Virus record (IMG/VR): IMGVR_UViG_3300002925_000021
Location: 15,884 to 79,883 of that record
DNA: 64,000 bases
Source: a virus
Reading direction: 5' to 3' (one strand)
In this document: piece by piece, positions 1-10,104 of the stretch
How positions within the stretch are numbered: the stretch's first letter is position 1
Layout: each line of letters opens with the position of its first letter
Notes under the pieces: generated by a model
The model's input: the letters and a program-made list of their open reading frames with translations, nothing else
What the model was told of the DNA's origin: nothing
The model's database searches: none
Translations under genes and position numbers: made by a program

Positions 1-1
1 C

Positions 2-466
2 AAGAAAATCCGAATCTACAGTGCCCGGTTTGCCGAGGAAGCCAAGACCTTCATTTGGAACTCTAATGCTTCCGGTGGAAAAGCTCAGGCCATGAAAGGA
101 TACAACGATGACCTGATCATGTCCTTGGCTATTGGGTGCTTTCTTTACGATGCCGAAGATCGTAAGATTGACAATGACGAACTGAATCGCGCCATGCTAG
201 CAGCCTGGGGTAAGAGTGTCACCAAGCTAACCAACAACAACTATTCTGACCCTCAGCCTGAATCTGCTGGGCTAATGGCCTTCCAAAAGGTAAATCATGG
301 CAGCATTTACGTTCACCAGAAGGGGGTAAAGCCTTACTTTGAAAAACCCCCAACCCAGCAGAATATGAGGCCAGGAGTTGCCCTGGAACAAGCCAGAAAG
401 ACAATTGACGTCTACAACAACTACTCTTGGCTTTTTTCTGATGACGACAAGCCAAAGAAGGAATAA
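2..466 (+). CDS. Terminase large subunit, C-terminal nuclease end (partial, runs off window start)
   Basis: Frame open from base 2: KKIRIYSARFAEEAKTFIW...KAQAMKGYNDDLIMSLAI, the typical E-x-x-T-F / G-x-x-D-D-L-x-M terminase tail. Confidence 0.75.
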   Translation, partial: KKIRIYSARFAEEAKTFIWNSNASGGKAQAMKGYNDDLIMSLAIGCFLYDAEDRKIDNDELNRAMLAAWGKSVTKLTNNNYSDPQPESAGLMAFQKVNHGSIYVHQKGVKPYFEKPPTQQNMRPGVALEQARKTIDVYNNYSWLFSDDDKPKKE

Positions 467-489
467 GCTGGGACTCCGAAGGAGAGTCC

Positions 490-897
490 ATGTATAAATT
501 CCTCAAGATGGCCTACGATCACGCCAAAGCTCATCCCTACGATCGATCCTTGGAATTCAATCTTTGTGCCGTTATTGTCAGGGGTGGGAAAGTTCTCTCG
601 GTTGGCTTCAATCGCCGGGGTTGGAATGGCTTGTCACAGTTTTACAAGGCTCAAGATCATGCCTGCACCATTCATGCCGAGATTGATGCTATTGTTTCAA
701 AACGGAAAAAGGTCCGGTTTGAAGGCAGCAAAGTCTACGTGGCTAGGGTGAAGGCAGACGGTACCGTTGGGAATGCTAAGCCCTGTGAAATGTGCCAGCA
801 TGTCCTGTTCAACTACGGAGTCAAGAAGGCCTACTTCACAATTGGACAGTTCCCCTTCGTTAACTCCATGAAACTTGTAAATCCGGCCAGTCTGTGA
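490..897 (+). CDS. Zinc-dependent cytidine/dCMP deaminase-family protein
   Basis: HAE (IHAEIDAI) and PCxxC (KPCEMC) motifs. Confidence 0.85.
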   Translation: MYKFLKMAYDHAKAHPYDRSLEFNLCAVIVRGGKVLSVGFNRRGWNGLSQFYKAQDHACTIHAEIDAIVSKRKKVRFEGSKVYVARVKADGTVGNAKPCEMCQHVLFNYGVKKAYFTIGQFPFVNSMKLVNPASL

Positions 898-909
898 TAT
901 TATAAGGTC

Positions 910-1751
910 ATGAACCTGCCACCAATTGGTACACCTTCTCCGGTTGTTCTCTTCAGAAGCAGTTCTAATCTTATGAGTAAGGAAGAGCGCAATGCTCTTC
1001 AAAGGCACTTTGCGGCCTACAATAGCAGGATGTTCATAAGAAGCGGAGACTTGTGATTGGGAGATACTCGGTTCTACCCTTCTATTTGGAGCTAGAAAAT
1101 GATCTTCGAGTGGCAGGAACCAAACTGATCAACTCCTACCGGCAACATCGATACGTTGCTGATCGTAAGAATTACGTTTATCACCTGAAGGAATTGACCT
1201 TCAAGACTTGGAACTTCCGAGATATACACACTATTCCCGACAACATGCCGGTTGTCCTGAAGGGTGAAACGAACGGTAGGAAGGACAAGTGGAACACCCA
1301 CATGTTTGCCAAAGATAAAAAGGAGGCCCTTCAGGTTTACCTTAGACTCCAGGATGACTTTTCACTTGCTTCTCAGGAAATCTACGTTAGGCAGTATATT
1401 CCGTTGAAGAAGATGGACGAAGGTAACGGCGGCCAACCAATCACCATGGAATTTCGGTTCTTTGTCCTCTATGGTCAGGTGGTCTCCGGCGGGTATTACT
1501 GGTCTAGCAACCTAGGTCAACTGAAAGAAGTTCCTTCACCCACCGTTGTTCCACAGGAATTCCTTCAGAAAGCCATCAACATGGTGAAGAACAACATTCC
1601 TTTCTTTGTCATTGATGTTGTTCAGACTGAATCTGGCGACTGGTTGGTGGTTGATCTGAATGATGGCCAAATGGCCGAACTCTTCGAGAACGATCCGAAT
1701 GTTCTCTACAAGAACATGAAATACCTTACCTGGGACAGATACAGGGAATAA
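910..1751 (+). pseudogene. ATP-grasp (R2K-like) protein, split by a 1-nt frameshift near 1053
   Basis: ORF 910-1056 (...RSGDL*) overlaps ORF 1053-1751 (VIGRYSVLPF...EFRFFV...FFVIDV...VVDLNDG). One extra G would read DLVIGRYS. Confidence 0.6.
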
Positions 1752-1758
1752 GGTTGCC

Positions 1759-1942
1759 CTAACGCAACAAGCACCGCCGTTTAGGACTGGGAAGGATTGC
1801 AGGGACGGCTACGCCTTCCTATAAACTGGGGAGAATGCCGTCTAGAAGGTGCTTAGAAGGCTTGCAAACCGGGGGATGGACATGGCACCGATGCTTGCCC
1901 CGAAAATGGCAAGGAGGAGCTCCTGGAGGCCATGAATGTAAA
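1759..1942 (+). mobile_element. ORF-less IS200/IS605-type mini element (long form, degenerate right end)
   Basis: TTGCC then LE-like hairpin caagcaccgccgtttaggactgggaagg, core ttgcagggacggc, ends tgaatgtaaa like the copy at 11345. Confidence 0.6.
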
Positions 1943-2084
1943 GGCTTTGACCAGCCTAAGGCGGATCCTCACAATTTCTTCTGTCCGATTAGAGGAAACA
2001 GAACAAGTCAACTTATTCTCCCAGCGACAAAGAAGGAAAGCGATTTTTGTTGCGCATTTCCCTTGGGGGACTTATCTCTAAAAA

Positions 2085-2705
2085 ATGAGCTATACGACCC
2101 TTCAAGAGAAATTGGCCAAACTCAAGAGTGGAGTTGAACTCCCCCTTGACATGTTGCGAGAAATCTCCGACAACGCTCCTTTTTCTTTATGGGATTTTTG
2201 CAAAGGAGTAAAGCGGCCCGATTTGCGGGAACAATTGCCCTTTGTTTCGGGGTTTAGATTTAAATTTTTCACTGAACTCCACAAGAAACAGGACGGTTCC
2301 TTTGACTTCGCCAATGCCAAAGCCATAGGAGAACTGGCGCTAAAGGACGGCACCATGTCTACCATTCGCTTTGGGCGATCAGACTTCTATCGACGGAATG
2401 CAACTGTTTTCGGTTATAAGAACAACTACTTCCCCCTCTTGAAAGTTGGGAAATTTGCTTATGTTGCCGAAGAAAGGATTTCGTTGTTGACAGAAGATGA
2501 ATTGATCATGGAGGGGATTAATGATCATCGGCAGAATTACCGTCAGATTCCAGAGGGGACACTTGTTATGGTGTTGAAGACGCTAATGTTCGACTCTATT
2601 CCCCTGGCGAAAGTGTTGCACGGGGAAGAAATTGGGTGGACATACGGAACGCTGTATGACAAGGACGCCTTTGATGCAGTTGACAACGAAAACCATTGGA
2701 TTTGA
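2085..2705 (+). CDS. Hypothetical protein
   Basis: 206 aa ORF co-oriented with its neighbours; no recognised motif. Confidence 0.65.
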   Translation: MSYTTLQEKLAKLKSGVELPLDMLREISDNAPFSLWDFCKGVKRPDLREQLPFVSGFRFKFFTELHKKQDGSFDFANAKAIGELALKDGTMSTIRFGRSDFYRRNATVFGYKNNYFPLLKVGKFAYVAEERISLLTEDELIMEGINDHRQNYRQIPEGTLVMVLKTLMFDSIPLAKVLHGEEIGWTYGTLYDKDAFDAVDNENHWI

Positions 2706-2708
2706 GAT

Positions 2709-3011
2709 ATGAGTAAAAACACCTGCAATCTATCCAATCTAAAGATGGGGAAATGGTACAAGGTTCAAGGTCAGAACTGTATGTTGACTCTATTCAAAGA
2801 ACCAAACTTGCATTCCAAAGTGATAGGGTTCTTGACAGAAAACCAAATATTCATGCTGATCCAGCATATAGAGAAACGCTCACCCGTCCACAACCGGAAC
2901 TGGGTCTTCCTGGGATCGGGAGAACAGTTTGGGTATGTCTGCTTTAGCATGCAGACGCAGTTCAAAGAGGTAGAACCAGGTGAAAACAGGGGGGTGGAAA
3001 GAAACGCTTGA
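2709..3011 (+). CDS. Hypothetical protein (possible SH3-like beta fold)
   Basis: 100 aa ORF starting 3 nt after the previous stop; beta-rich pattern. Confidence 0.6.
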   Translation: MSKNTCNLSNLKMGKWYKVQGQNCMLTLFKEPNLHSKVIGFLTENQIFMLIQHIEKRSPVHNRNWVFLGSGEQFGYVCFSMQTQFKEVEPGENRGVERNA

Positions 3012-3031
3012 GTGGTTGAAAGTAGTCTGAC

Positions 3032-3076
3032 CCTGTGCGCGGCAAGCCCATCCGTTCAGGCCGGGGAGAATGACAA
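3032..3076 (+). mobile_element. 45-nt IS200/IS605-type single-hairpin element
   Basis: CTGAC|cctgtgcgcggcaagcccatccgttcaggccggggagaatgacaa. Confidence 0.65.
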
Positions 3077-3134
3077 CGTTTAAGCCAATTTTGGGAACAC
3101 TCCAAGAAGCCTATCTATCTTGAGGAGTTCTCTC

Positions 3135-3740
3135 ATGACTGTGATCATGGCCCTCAAGCGCAACAATCAGGTTTGGCTTGGTTCGGATACGCGGATTACC
3201 GACGGAGACTATGGGATTGACTATGAGGTAAGGGAGAATTCCGATTGTTCTCTTGAGATGGACTCAAAGCTAGTCTTTCTTGATAATGCCATCATCGGGG
3301 TCTCTGGGGATCTGAAGATGCGAAACTACTTGGAATTGTTCGTCGCCAGGGGCAAAAATAAAAGTCTGCCATTTGATGGGAAACTTCATGTAGTGAAGTT
3401 TTTCATTTCATTCAAGAAGTTCCTCAGGAAAGAGGCTGAACTTGAGGATTCTGGCCACAACGAAGGGATGCAGTGGCTTGTGGCTACGCCAGAGAAAATC
3501 TTTACTGTTGACCAGGATGGAGCTGTCTTAGAATATCCTGTTATGTGCGTTATCGGAAGCGGTACTTATAGTGCAAGAGCTGTTTTGGAGTATATGCTGG
3601 AATATCAACCAAATCTCTCTGCTTCAAAAATGCTGGAAAGAGCCCACGAAGTGACCGTACGGCACAACCTAACTTGCGGCGGACGGCAATTCCAGATAAA
3701 CGTGACCAATTCCCTGAAACCGCTTGGAAATGAGTCCTAG
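3135..3740 (+). CDS. HslV/proteasome beta-subunit-like Ntn protease
   Basis: Starts M-T-V-I-M-A...GSDTRIT (N-terminal Thr nucleophile pattern); later IGSG. Confidence 0.75.
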   Translation: MTVIMALKRNNQVWLGSDTRITDGDYGIDYEVRENSDCSLEMDSKLVFLDNAIIGVSGDLKMRNYLELFVARGKNKSLPFDGKLHVVKFFISFKKFLRKEAELEDSGHNEGMQWLVATPEKIFTVDQDGAVLEYPVMCVIGSGTYSARAVLEYMLEYQPNLSASKMLERAHEVTVRHNLTCGGRQFQINVTNSLKPLGNES

Positions 3741-3940
3741 AAGACACTCATGCAATTGCCAACTTTATTCAATCGCGATGGCTCTGGTATAACACCTTAA
3801 ATTTGCCAACTCCATGTTGACAAGAAAGGATCACGGACCCACCTTGGTTGAAATGAACGCAGAATGTCGTTTTGAAGGACTCTAATAGCCTTCCTGTTGT
3901 CCTAAGAAAGACAAGGTTAGGTGGTTTTGAACAACTGGGA

Positions 3941-4456
3941 ATGATTATGAACATCAATGCGGTTAAGGCTGTCAGCTACGGTTCGATGAAGGAATACCTC
4001 AACGGCGTTCCTACTAGCAGTATTGCGGCTTTGGCCGTAATGTACGACAAAGTATGGATCATTTCCATTACAGGAGTAATTGATAGTTTGATAGCACTTC
4101 CCTTGATCAAGGACGGACCAGATCGGATTTCTCTTCAGTTCGATGATGTGGAAGATGAATACGATGACTTCGGACACGCCAAGCCTAGAGTTGAGTACTA
4201 CATCTACTTTGATGAAAAAATGGCTCGAAATATCTGTGAGTTCGTCAAGAGAACACACGAGAACGATCGAGAGAACAACGACCTTCTTGTGGTCAATTGC
4301 CACATGGGGATCTCTCGGAGTGGTGCTGTTTCTGATTTTGTACGGTCTGTATGTGGGATAGACTACAACCTTTGGAAAAGGATGAACCCTCAGTTGATTC
4401 CAAACCTTTTGGTTAAGAAACTCCTTCATTGTGCCTGGGAAGATCTTTGTTCTTGA
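3941..4456 (+). CDS. Protein-tyrosine/dual-specificity phosphatase-like protein
   Basis: CX5R loop VVNCHMGISRSGAV; upstream acidic FDDV loop. Confidence 0.8.
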   Translation: MIMNINAVKAVSYGSMKEYLNGVPTSSIAALAVMYDKVWIISITGVIDSLIALPLIKDGPDRISLQFDDVEDEYDDFGHAKPRVEYYIYFDEKMARNICEFVKRTHENDRENNDLLVVNCHMGISRSGAVSDFVRSVCGIDYNLWKRMNPQLIPNLLVKKLLHCAWEDLCS

Positions 4457-4471
4457 CATGTCAAAGGGGAA

Positions 4472-5296
4472 ATGGCTAAGTTCCATTGCATGAATGTAAC
4501 TGGAACTTCAGTCGCAGGGCTTGGAACTCGGATCTATCTCCCCGAGATTGATATTACATTTGACATGGGTTCCTGTTCTTCACAGGATGCGATTGGCACA
4601 AGTACCAATATGTTTATCACCCACGGGCACACGGATCACATTGGGCAAGCCGCCTATTTGAGATTTGCCAGAAAAATGATGGGAATGGCGCCACCCCATT
4701 TCTTTCTTCCAGAACACCTGGAAGACAGGTTCCGGGCCTTCATGGCTACTGCGGCTGCCATGGAAGAGAACTTTGACGATTCCCGGTCTTATAGTGTGAC
4801 CCCGGTGAAGCCAGGGCTGAAATACCAAGTGAAGCCTGGACTGTGGATTCAACCTCTTGCCTCGCCCCACTCCATTCCCATGTGTTCCTATGTGGTTTGG
4901 AAGGACCACAAGAAGCTCAAGTCGGAATATCTTGGGTTGTCTGGTTTGGAACTGGGCAATCTTCGAAGGCAAGGTTTCCAGATTGAAGATGTTATTTCTC
5001 AGCCTGTATTTGCTTATACAGGAGACACCACGGCCAAGGTTTATGACGTTCACCCGATTCTTCTTCAGGTTCAAACCCTTGCCATGGAAATTACATCCTT
5101 CCAGGATTACAAGGAAGAGGATACGGCAAGGTTTGGGCACACCCATATCAATGATGTGATTGCCATTACAGATAGGTTCGAGAACCAGGAAATTGTCTTG
5201 GTTCACCATTCTGCCAGGTATGATAGCCGAGACAAGGAAAAGGCTCACAAGTCTCTCCCAGTGGCTTTCCGCAAGAAGAACCACTGGCTGTCCTAG
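4472..5296 (+). CDS. Metallo-beta-lactamase fold hydrolase, RNase Z-like
   Basis: THGHTDH motif, later H, YTGDT, ME-x-T, GHTH and HHSARY motifs; KLKSEYLGLSG arm. Confidence 0.8.
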   Translation: MAKFHCMNVTGTSVAGLGTRIYLPEIDITFDMGSCSSQDAIGTSTNMFITHGHTDHIGQAAYLRFARKMMGMAPPHFFLPEHLEDRFRAFMATAAAMEENFDDSRSYSVTPVKPGLKYQVKPGLWIQPLASPHSIPMCSYVVWKDHKKLKSEYLGLSGLELGNLRRQGFQIEDVISQPVFAYTGDTTAKVYDVHPILLQVQTLAMEITSFQDYKEEDTARFGHTHINDVIAITDRFENQEIVLVHHSARYDSRDKEKAHKSLPVAFRKKNHWLS

Positions 5297-5297
5297 C

Positions 5298-5735
5298 TTA
5301 GGAAACCGGGTTGTTCCCGAAGTTCCCCACAACAATGAAGTGAGCACCCGTACTCTTTAGAATTACCGAAGATCCCACCGAACTAGCAAGTGTAATCTTG
5401 GCACCGGCAACCGAACCAGATACAATCACGACAGAACCAGTAGCTTCCAGGGAACTTGTTACAATGTGAGCCGCAGCCGAACCAACTCGGAACACAAACT
5501 CTGCTCCTGGACAGGATACGGCGGTTGGAAGAACTACCGTCTGTACACCAGAACCAGAGATCACATTCACGCCAGCCGAACCGGCAACAAGAGTGCTACT
5601 TCCAATGATTGGAACACTGTCAACAGGGAATGGCCCAAATCCCCGGTTTTCAGTATTGCGTTCAATAGAAATTCCAGTGCCATTGTTGGTGACCACTGGA
5701 CCTTGTACAGTGTCAATTCGAGTCTTGAGCGACAT
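5298..5735 (-). CDS. Hypothetical beta-rich protein, probably virion-associated
   Basis: G/S/V/T-rich 145 aa ORF with a TATTTA motif 29 nt upstream. Confidence 0.55.
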   Translation of the reverse strand: MSLKTRIDTVQGPVVTNNGTGISIERNTENRGFGPFPVDSVPIIGSSTLVAGSAGVNVISGSGVQTVVLPTAVSCPGAEFVFRVGSAAAHIVTSSLEATGSVVIVSGSVAGAKITLASSVGSSVILKSTGAHFIVVGNFGNNPVS

Positions 5736-6075
5736 GATGTTGATTCCCCCTTTAAGGCATTAATAAATAGAATAATCGGGATCAATCATTCTCCAAAAAT
5801 TCAAAGTATTTCAGGTGCGCTTGGAAGCTGTACAGCGCTTTGCCTTCAGGCGTTTACTTGGTGAACAGCACAAGCAAGGCGTCGACGTCGACGTTCTTTG
5901 CACATTGACGGTAAATGTTTGGTTTGCTTCTACAAAAGGAAACAGGCAGATATTGCGTACTCAGAAATGACAAACTCTATTGGGTTGGTCCGACCGTAAC
6001 CTTTGGGGATGATGGTATAAATGGCATCCTTGCGAACAGCAATGGCCATAGGACATCATTTCCTAATTAAACAAC

Positions 6076-6918
6076 ATGGACGAGAGCAATCTTTTGAAAG
6101 AGTACATCAATGCCATCCTGGATTCCAGGGAAGAGGACTTTCAGCAAATACAGGCGGCCAATGAGAGCTACGATGCCATCTTGAACTACATCAAGAAACT
6201 CAATAGGAATCCCAAGGCTTTCTCCAGTGTCTTCCAGACCAACGAACGAGGGTTCTTCACTGGTTTCGCCCTTGGGGCAAGGATAAGGCGCGAAGAACAC
6301 CTCCGGTTAGCCATATTCTTCATGGATCGGGAACTTGCAGGAGCCAAGAACAAAGTGAATGCACAGGCTATCCGCGTTCGAGTGCGGCCCATGAGCACCA
6401 CAGCAACGGCTATCAAAGGCTACCAAATTTGGATCTACTTTGATGCCCCAGCGGCGGTTAAAGTCAACGCAAAGACTTATAACAAGTGGCTAGCAGAAAA
6501 CCTGGAGACCCTGCTTGACAACGACAACACAAGATCGTCCTATGTCCACGAGTTCACTCACGTCCAGGATTTCAAGCGAATGAATCCACGATTTCTCCTT
6601 CAAAGAGGGTTGAAGAAGAAACAAGAGAAAGAAAAACAACAGCAAACTGGAAAGAAGTCAAGGGACTTTAATGCCTATGCTAATGACCCCTTGGAGTTGA
6701 ATGCATATTTTGCACAAGCCATGTCGGATGTTCAAAATCAGCTAAGAACCGCTAAAACCCCCGAGGAGAAAAAAGCTATTATCGGTTCAACCCCGCAGGA
6801 GTTTGCAGACAAGTTCATGAGTTTCTACCTCAAGAAGCAAGTGCGGAAAAACATTGATCCAGAAAACTGGAAAAGACTTGCCAGGAGAGCAGCTACATCT
6901 TGGGAACTGCTTCGGTAA
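6076..6918 (+). CDS. HExxH zinc metallopeptidase-like protein with N-terminal leader
   Basis: YVHEFTH plus downstream YANDPLELNAY; TAATTA at 6064. Confidence 0.7.
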   Translation: MDESNLLKEYINAILDSREEDFQQIQAANESYDAILNYIKKLNRNPKAFSSVFQTNERGFFTGFALGARIRREEHLRLAIFFMDRELAGAKNKVNAQAIRVRVRPMSTTATAIKGYQIWIYFDAPAAVKVNAKTYNKWLAENLETLLDNDNTRSSYVHEFTHVQDFKRMNPRFLLQRGLKKKQEKEKQQQTGKKSRDFNAYANDPLELNAYFAQAMSDVQNQLRTAKTPEEKKAIIGSTPQEFADKFMSFYLKKQVRKNIDPENWKRLARRAATSWELLR

Positions 6919-6929
6919 GCAGCTTTGAA

Positions 6930-6974
6930 CCGGTGCGCGGCGAGCCCCGTCGTTTAGGGCGGGGAAGAAGTAAA
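6930..6974 (+). mobile_element. 45-nt IS200/IS605-type single-hairpin element
   Basis: TTGAA|ccggtgcgcggcgagccccgtcgtttagggcggggaagaagtaaa. Confidence 0.7.
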
Positions 6975-7042
6975 TTCTCCAAACAATGATCTGGATGTAG
7001 AAACGGTTAATAAGTTATAACTCTAAATAAGATTTAGAAAAC

Positions 7043-7710
7043 ATGAAGAATTCTGATCTTTCTGTTCTAATCCGTGAGGCTGTTCTGGCTGGCATTAAGG
7101 AAGCAAATTACCCCGAGGGGTTCAATGTGGAAGAATTTAAGTCTCTTCCGACGTTTGCAGCCAGAATGAAGTACGTCAAAGCCCGACTCCCCAAGGTTGC
7201 TCAGGGAAGCGCAAGAACCGCCTTTATCGTTGATGATGCTACTGTCCTAAAGGTGGCCATGAACAAAAAAGGATAGCTCAGAACGGCATTGAAGCTGATA
7301 TAGGACGGTATTCAGACCGTTATCCAGTTGCCAAGGTTTTTGATGTGGGAGATGAGGGCGCTTGGATTGAAATGGAGAGGGCCACCAAGGCGACGCCTAA
7401 ACTCTTCAAGCAATTGGCAGGGGTAGACATAAATACTTTTGAATTGGTTATTATTGGGTACTACTACGATTCGAATTTGAGGAGTGGAAAGGGAATTATG
7501 CAAAAGCCGCCTGGCTATGATGACTTGGCATCCGGCGACAATGAGTTCATCAATAGTGTATTAGATCTAATTGTTGATTACGACATGCTTTATGGTGATA
7601 TCAGCCGGATCTCTTCGTGGGGTGTCGTCAATTGAAATGGACAACAGAAGTTGGTATTGATTGACTTTGGTCTTACCAGAACAGTCTGGGATGACTTCTA
7701 TGCCAGGTAA
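7043..7710 (+). pseudogene. Protein-kinase-like fold paralog, disrupted
   Basis: Collinear with 50171-50863 and 54143-54853. A 1-nt deletion at 7271-7272 (KKG|IAQN) and an in-frame TGA at 7633 precede LVLIDFG. Confidence 0.75.
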
Positions 7711-8070
7711 ACTCTTGAAGATAGTGTTCCCAATGATTTCCGATTCCAAGACCGTTGAAAGCTGAATCCCAGAAGCGCTGAGAATTGCTTACTCCTATTA
7801 TCCCACAAAAAGGAAAAGGGCAGTTTTAGGTGATGCCCAGCACCCTTCGAGAAGTCAAGAGTCCCACAGATGGGAGATTGTCCTACTGGAAACACAGGTC
7901 GGAGTTTCTCGGTATGCACACCTAGACTGTTGAGATTTGTAGCCTAAGATTGAGAACAAGATCTGTACCCCGACAGATAATTCCTAATTGCGGGGGTGAT
8001 TACCGCACTCTCAACTTTTCCAAGTCCTTAACAGCCCTGTTTGCATCTATTATAGAGAATGTCTTCTGAA

Positions 8071-8589
8071 TTATTCAAAATAAACAGGGTCCAAGTCTTC
8101 AATCTCAATCTCTGTCTGATTGCCGCGATTGATGGCAGCCCGAAGAGACTCAGCGTAGCCTGTAGCTTTTACAGCCAGTTCTACCGCTTCCTTATGCGAA
8201 ACGGTCCGAACAGACGATATTTCGTCAACAGAACGAGTTCTAGGACCGCGTAGGATGGGAGTGTCCATGGAAGCTTTCCTCCAAAGTGCTTCTATTCGAC
8301 CGGCTCCACCAACACGCTTTACAGCTTCGGTGAGTGTCATTACGCGACCCTGTGGGCCTGAACCAACCTTCACAGTTACGGCAAGGTTATAGCGGGCCTG
8401 CGCTACCTGAAGGCGGGCAATAGCATCTTCTGCCCGGTTCATCTCTGCCACAAGTTCCTGTGGCTTAGACACTTCCTTCTCACGTCCTGGAAAGACATGA
8501 AGAGAACTGTCAAATTGCTTGTGGGCTGATTCCAGCCGCAAGCCCCAACGACGAAGGGCATCACGCAACATAGCACCGGTTACTTTCAT
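8071..8589 (-). CDS. Hypothetical coiled-coil protein (loosely DIP1984-like)
   Basis: 172 aa helical ORF with GAGG RBS; family resemblance from memory only. Confidence 0.6.
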   Translation of the reverse strand: MKVTGAMLRDALRRWGLRLESAHKQFDSSLHVFPGREKEVSKPQELVAEMNRAEDAIARLQVAQARYNLAVTVKVGSGPQGRVMTLTEAVKRVGGAGRIEALWRKASMDTPILRGPRTRSVDEISSVRTVSHKEAVELAVKATGYAESLRAAINRGNQTEIEIEDLDPVYFE

Positions 8590-8815
8590 ATGAACCTCTC
8601 AATGTTCGATTTGATCGGACATTCTGGAAGAAGACCTTTTCATACAAAAGCATCACCTGGAGAGGAGTTACACTATACGGTTCCATCCGTAAACACTCCA
8701 AGCAAGCCATCCATTCTGCAAACTTCAACCAGTGATTCTTTTAGTCTACTGAAATGGCGAAGTCTAAAGCCTTATGTCTAACAGTTTATCCGACATGGAC
8801 TAGACCCCAATACGT

Positions 8816-9007
8816 CTAAGCGTCAATTTTACCAGTTTTTATCTGTTTTAACCATTTCTTGAAGGTAGACTCACTGATCCCAAGGTAGTCCCATAGAGAT
8901 GACCCTTCGCCGTTCTCCAGCCATTCCTTCACAAGTTCTTCCATGTCCCTGTAATAGAACTTATCAGGATCCAAAACGGTAGAACTGGAAAGAGAAGTAA
9001 TTATCAT
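8816..9007 (-). CDS. Small hypothetical protein
   Basis: MIITSLSS...LWDYLGISESTFKKW, the part of the track ORF downstream of the tRNA. Confidence 0.5.
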   Translation of the reverse strand: MIITSLSSSTVLDPDKFYYRDMEELVKEWLENGEGSSLWDYLGISESTFKKWLKQIKTGKIDA

Positions 9008-9043
9008 GTTTAAGGCTGGTGTTGAACCTAAATCGGTGGCTAG

Positions 9044-9132
9044 CGGAAGAGGGGAGACTCGAACTCCCATAGGCTTTCTGGGCCTAACCTCAATTTTCAA
9101 GACTGGTGCAATAACCGTTCTGCCACTCTTCC
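9044..9132 (-). tRNA. tRNA-Ser (anticodon TGA), CCA not encoded
   Basis: Acceptor GGAAGAG/CTCTTCC, G73, D-arm GTGGCAGAACGG, loop CTTGAAA, long variable arm taggc/gccta, T-arm GGGAGTTCGAGTCTCCC; one anticodon-stem mismatch. Confidence 0.9.
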
Positions 9133-9216
9133 GGGGCAAATAATAACTATGTGATTCAAAACAGTTCTTTGCCAAGTTTGGGACGTTCAACCCTGAACCA
9201 GGGCTAGCTTTTTCGG

Positions 9217-10002
9217 TTACGAACTTGAACCTTTTTTCTTTATGGATGGGGTAGAAACTGCTATGCTTGCAGCGACACACCTCTCATTGGCTTTTTCGGC
9301 ATCAGTCTGGTTTCTCTCGGACCCTAGGAACCTTCTGCCAAGCTTCAGAGCGGCGACCCCTGTTGTTCCCCAGCCTACAAAGCAATCAACAACCAAATCC
9401 CCTGGGTTACTGTGAGTATTGATAAGCCGTTCCAAGAGTTCCACTGGCTTTTGGGCATTTCTCTCTGGCCTCATAAGCTCCGGGATATCCGTCCAGACAT
9501 TGCTAACCCGTTTGTATTCGCTTTTTGCCGGGTATTTTGAGTTAAATCCTTCGTACCCTCGCTTGATGTTTGTCAAGGGGATATTGAAGGTTACCTTGGT
9601 CCTCTCTGGAGACATAGAGTACCACGCAATCTCCTCACGGCAGAAGAGATAATCATGGTTCTTTCCGTAGGCTCTCCTCTTGGCCCAGGTGATAAGGTTG
9701 CGATAGTGATAGAGGTTGTTATCCTCAATCTTGTGGAGAAGAGAAAAAAAAGGCCTTTCACCGTGCTTGCCAATTCCCCCAAAGAAGATAATAGAACCAT
9801 TCTCCTTCATCTTAGGCTTTACAGCCTCAAGGAGCCGGTACATCCAGTCAACATATTCCTTGACTGTCTTCCATTGGTTGTCCCAGGAGTCTTCTAGAAT
9901 CCCCATATACGGTGGGTCTGTCAGAAACAAATCAACAGAACCGTCCTGAAGGGAATTGACAAAATCAAAACAGTCTTCTGCAGTTACAAATTTTATGGTC
10001 AT
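9217..10002 (-). CDS. N4-C/N6-A DNA methyltransferase (beta class)
   Basis: DPPY precedes the SAM motif VVDCFVGWGTTG; start placed at MTIKF. Confidence 0.9.
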   Translation of the reverse strand: MTIKFVTAEDCFDFVNSLQDGSVDLFLTDPPYMGILEDSWDNQWKTVKEYVDWMYRLLEAVKPKMKENGSIIFFGGIGKHGERPFFSLLHKIEDNNLYHYRNLITWAKRRAYGKNHDYLFCREEIAWYSMSPERTKVTFNIPLTNIKRGYEGFNSKYPAKSEYKRVSNVWTDIPELMRPERNAQKPVELLERLINTHSNPGDLVVDCFVGWGTTGVAALKLGRRFLGSERNQTDAEKANERCVAASIAVSTPSIKKKGSSS

Positions 10003-10104
10003 TCTGTACTCATTTGTCTGTACCGTTGCTGCTACTACGCCTAGATCCACATTGACAGGCAGACAGTACGATGTATATAGATAATCCAGTCGTACGGAGA
10101 TAAA

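Noticed and set aside
1947-1960. TTGACCAGCCTAAG, resembling a HEARO/IscB omega-RNA motif
   Set aside because: The following conserved blocks and an IscB ORF are absent; it lies just outside the right end of the mini element and is probably chance.
5880-5893. Perfect palindrome CGTCGACGTCGACG in a divergent intergenic region
   Set aside because: Single occurrence with no second copy or associated feature; could be chance.
7633-7635. In-frame TGA in the kinase-like gene as evidence of stop-codon recoding
   Set aside because: The same gene also has a frameshift, many intact genes end at TGA with the next gene starting immediately, and the tRNA has anticodon TGA (reads TCA Ser), so it is not a suppressor.
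8816-9280. 154 aa track ORF
   Set aside because: It reads through the tRNA-Ser gene; only the part from 9007 is treated as a plausible CDS.
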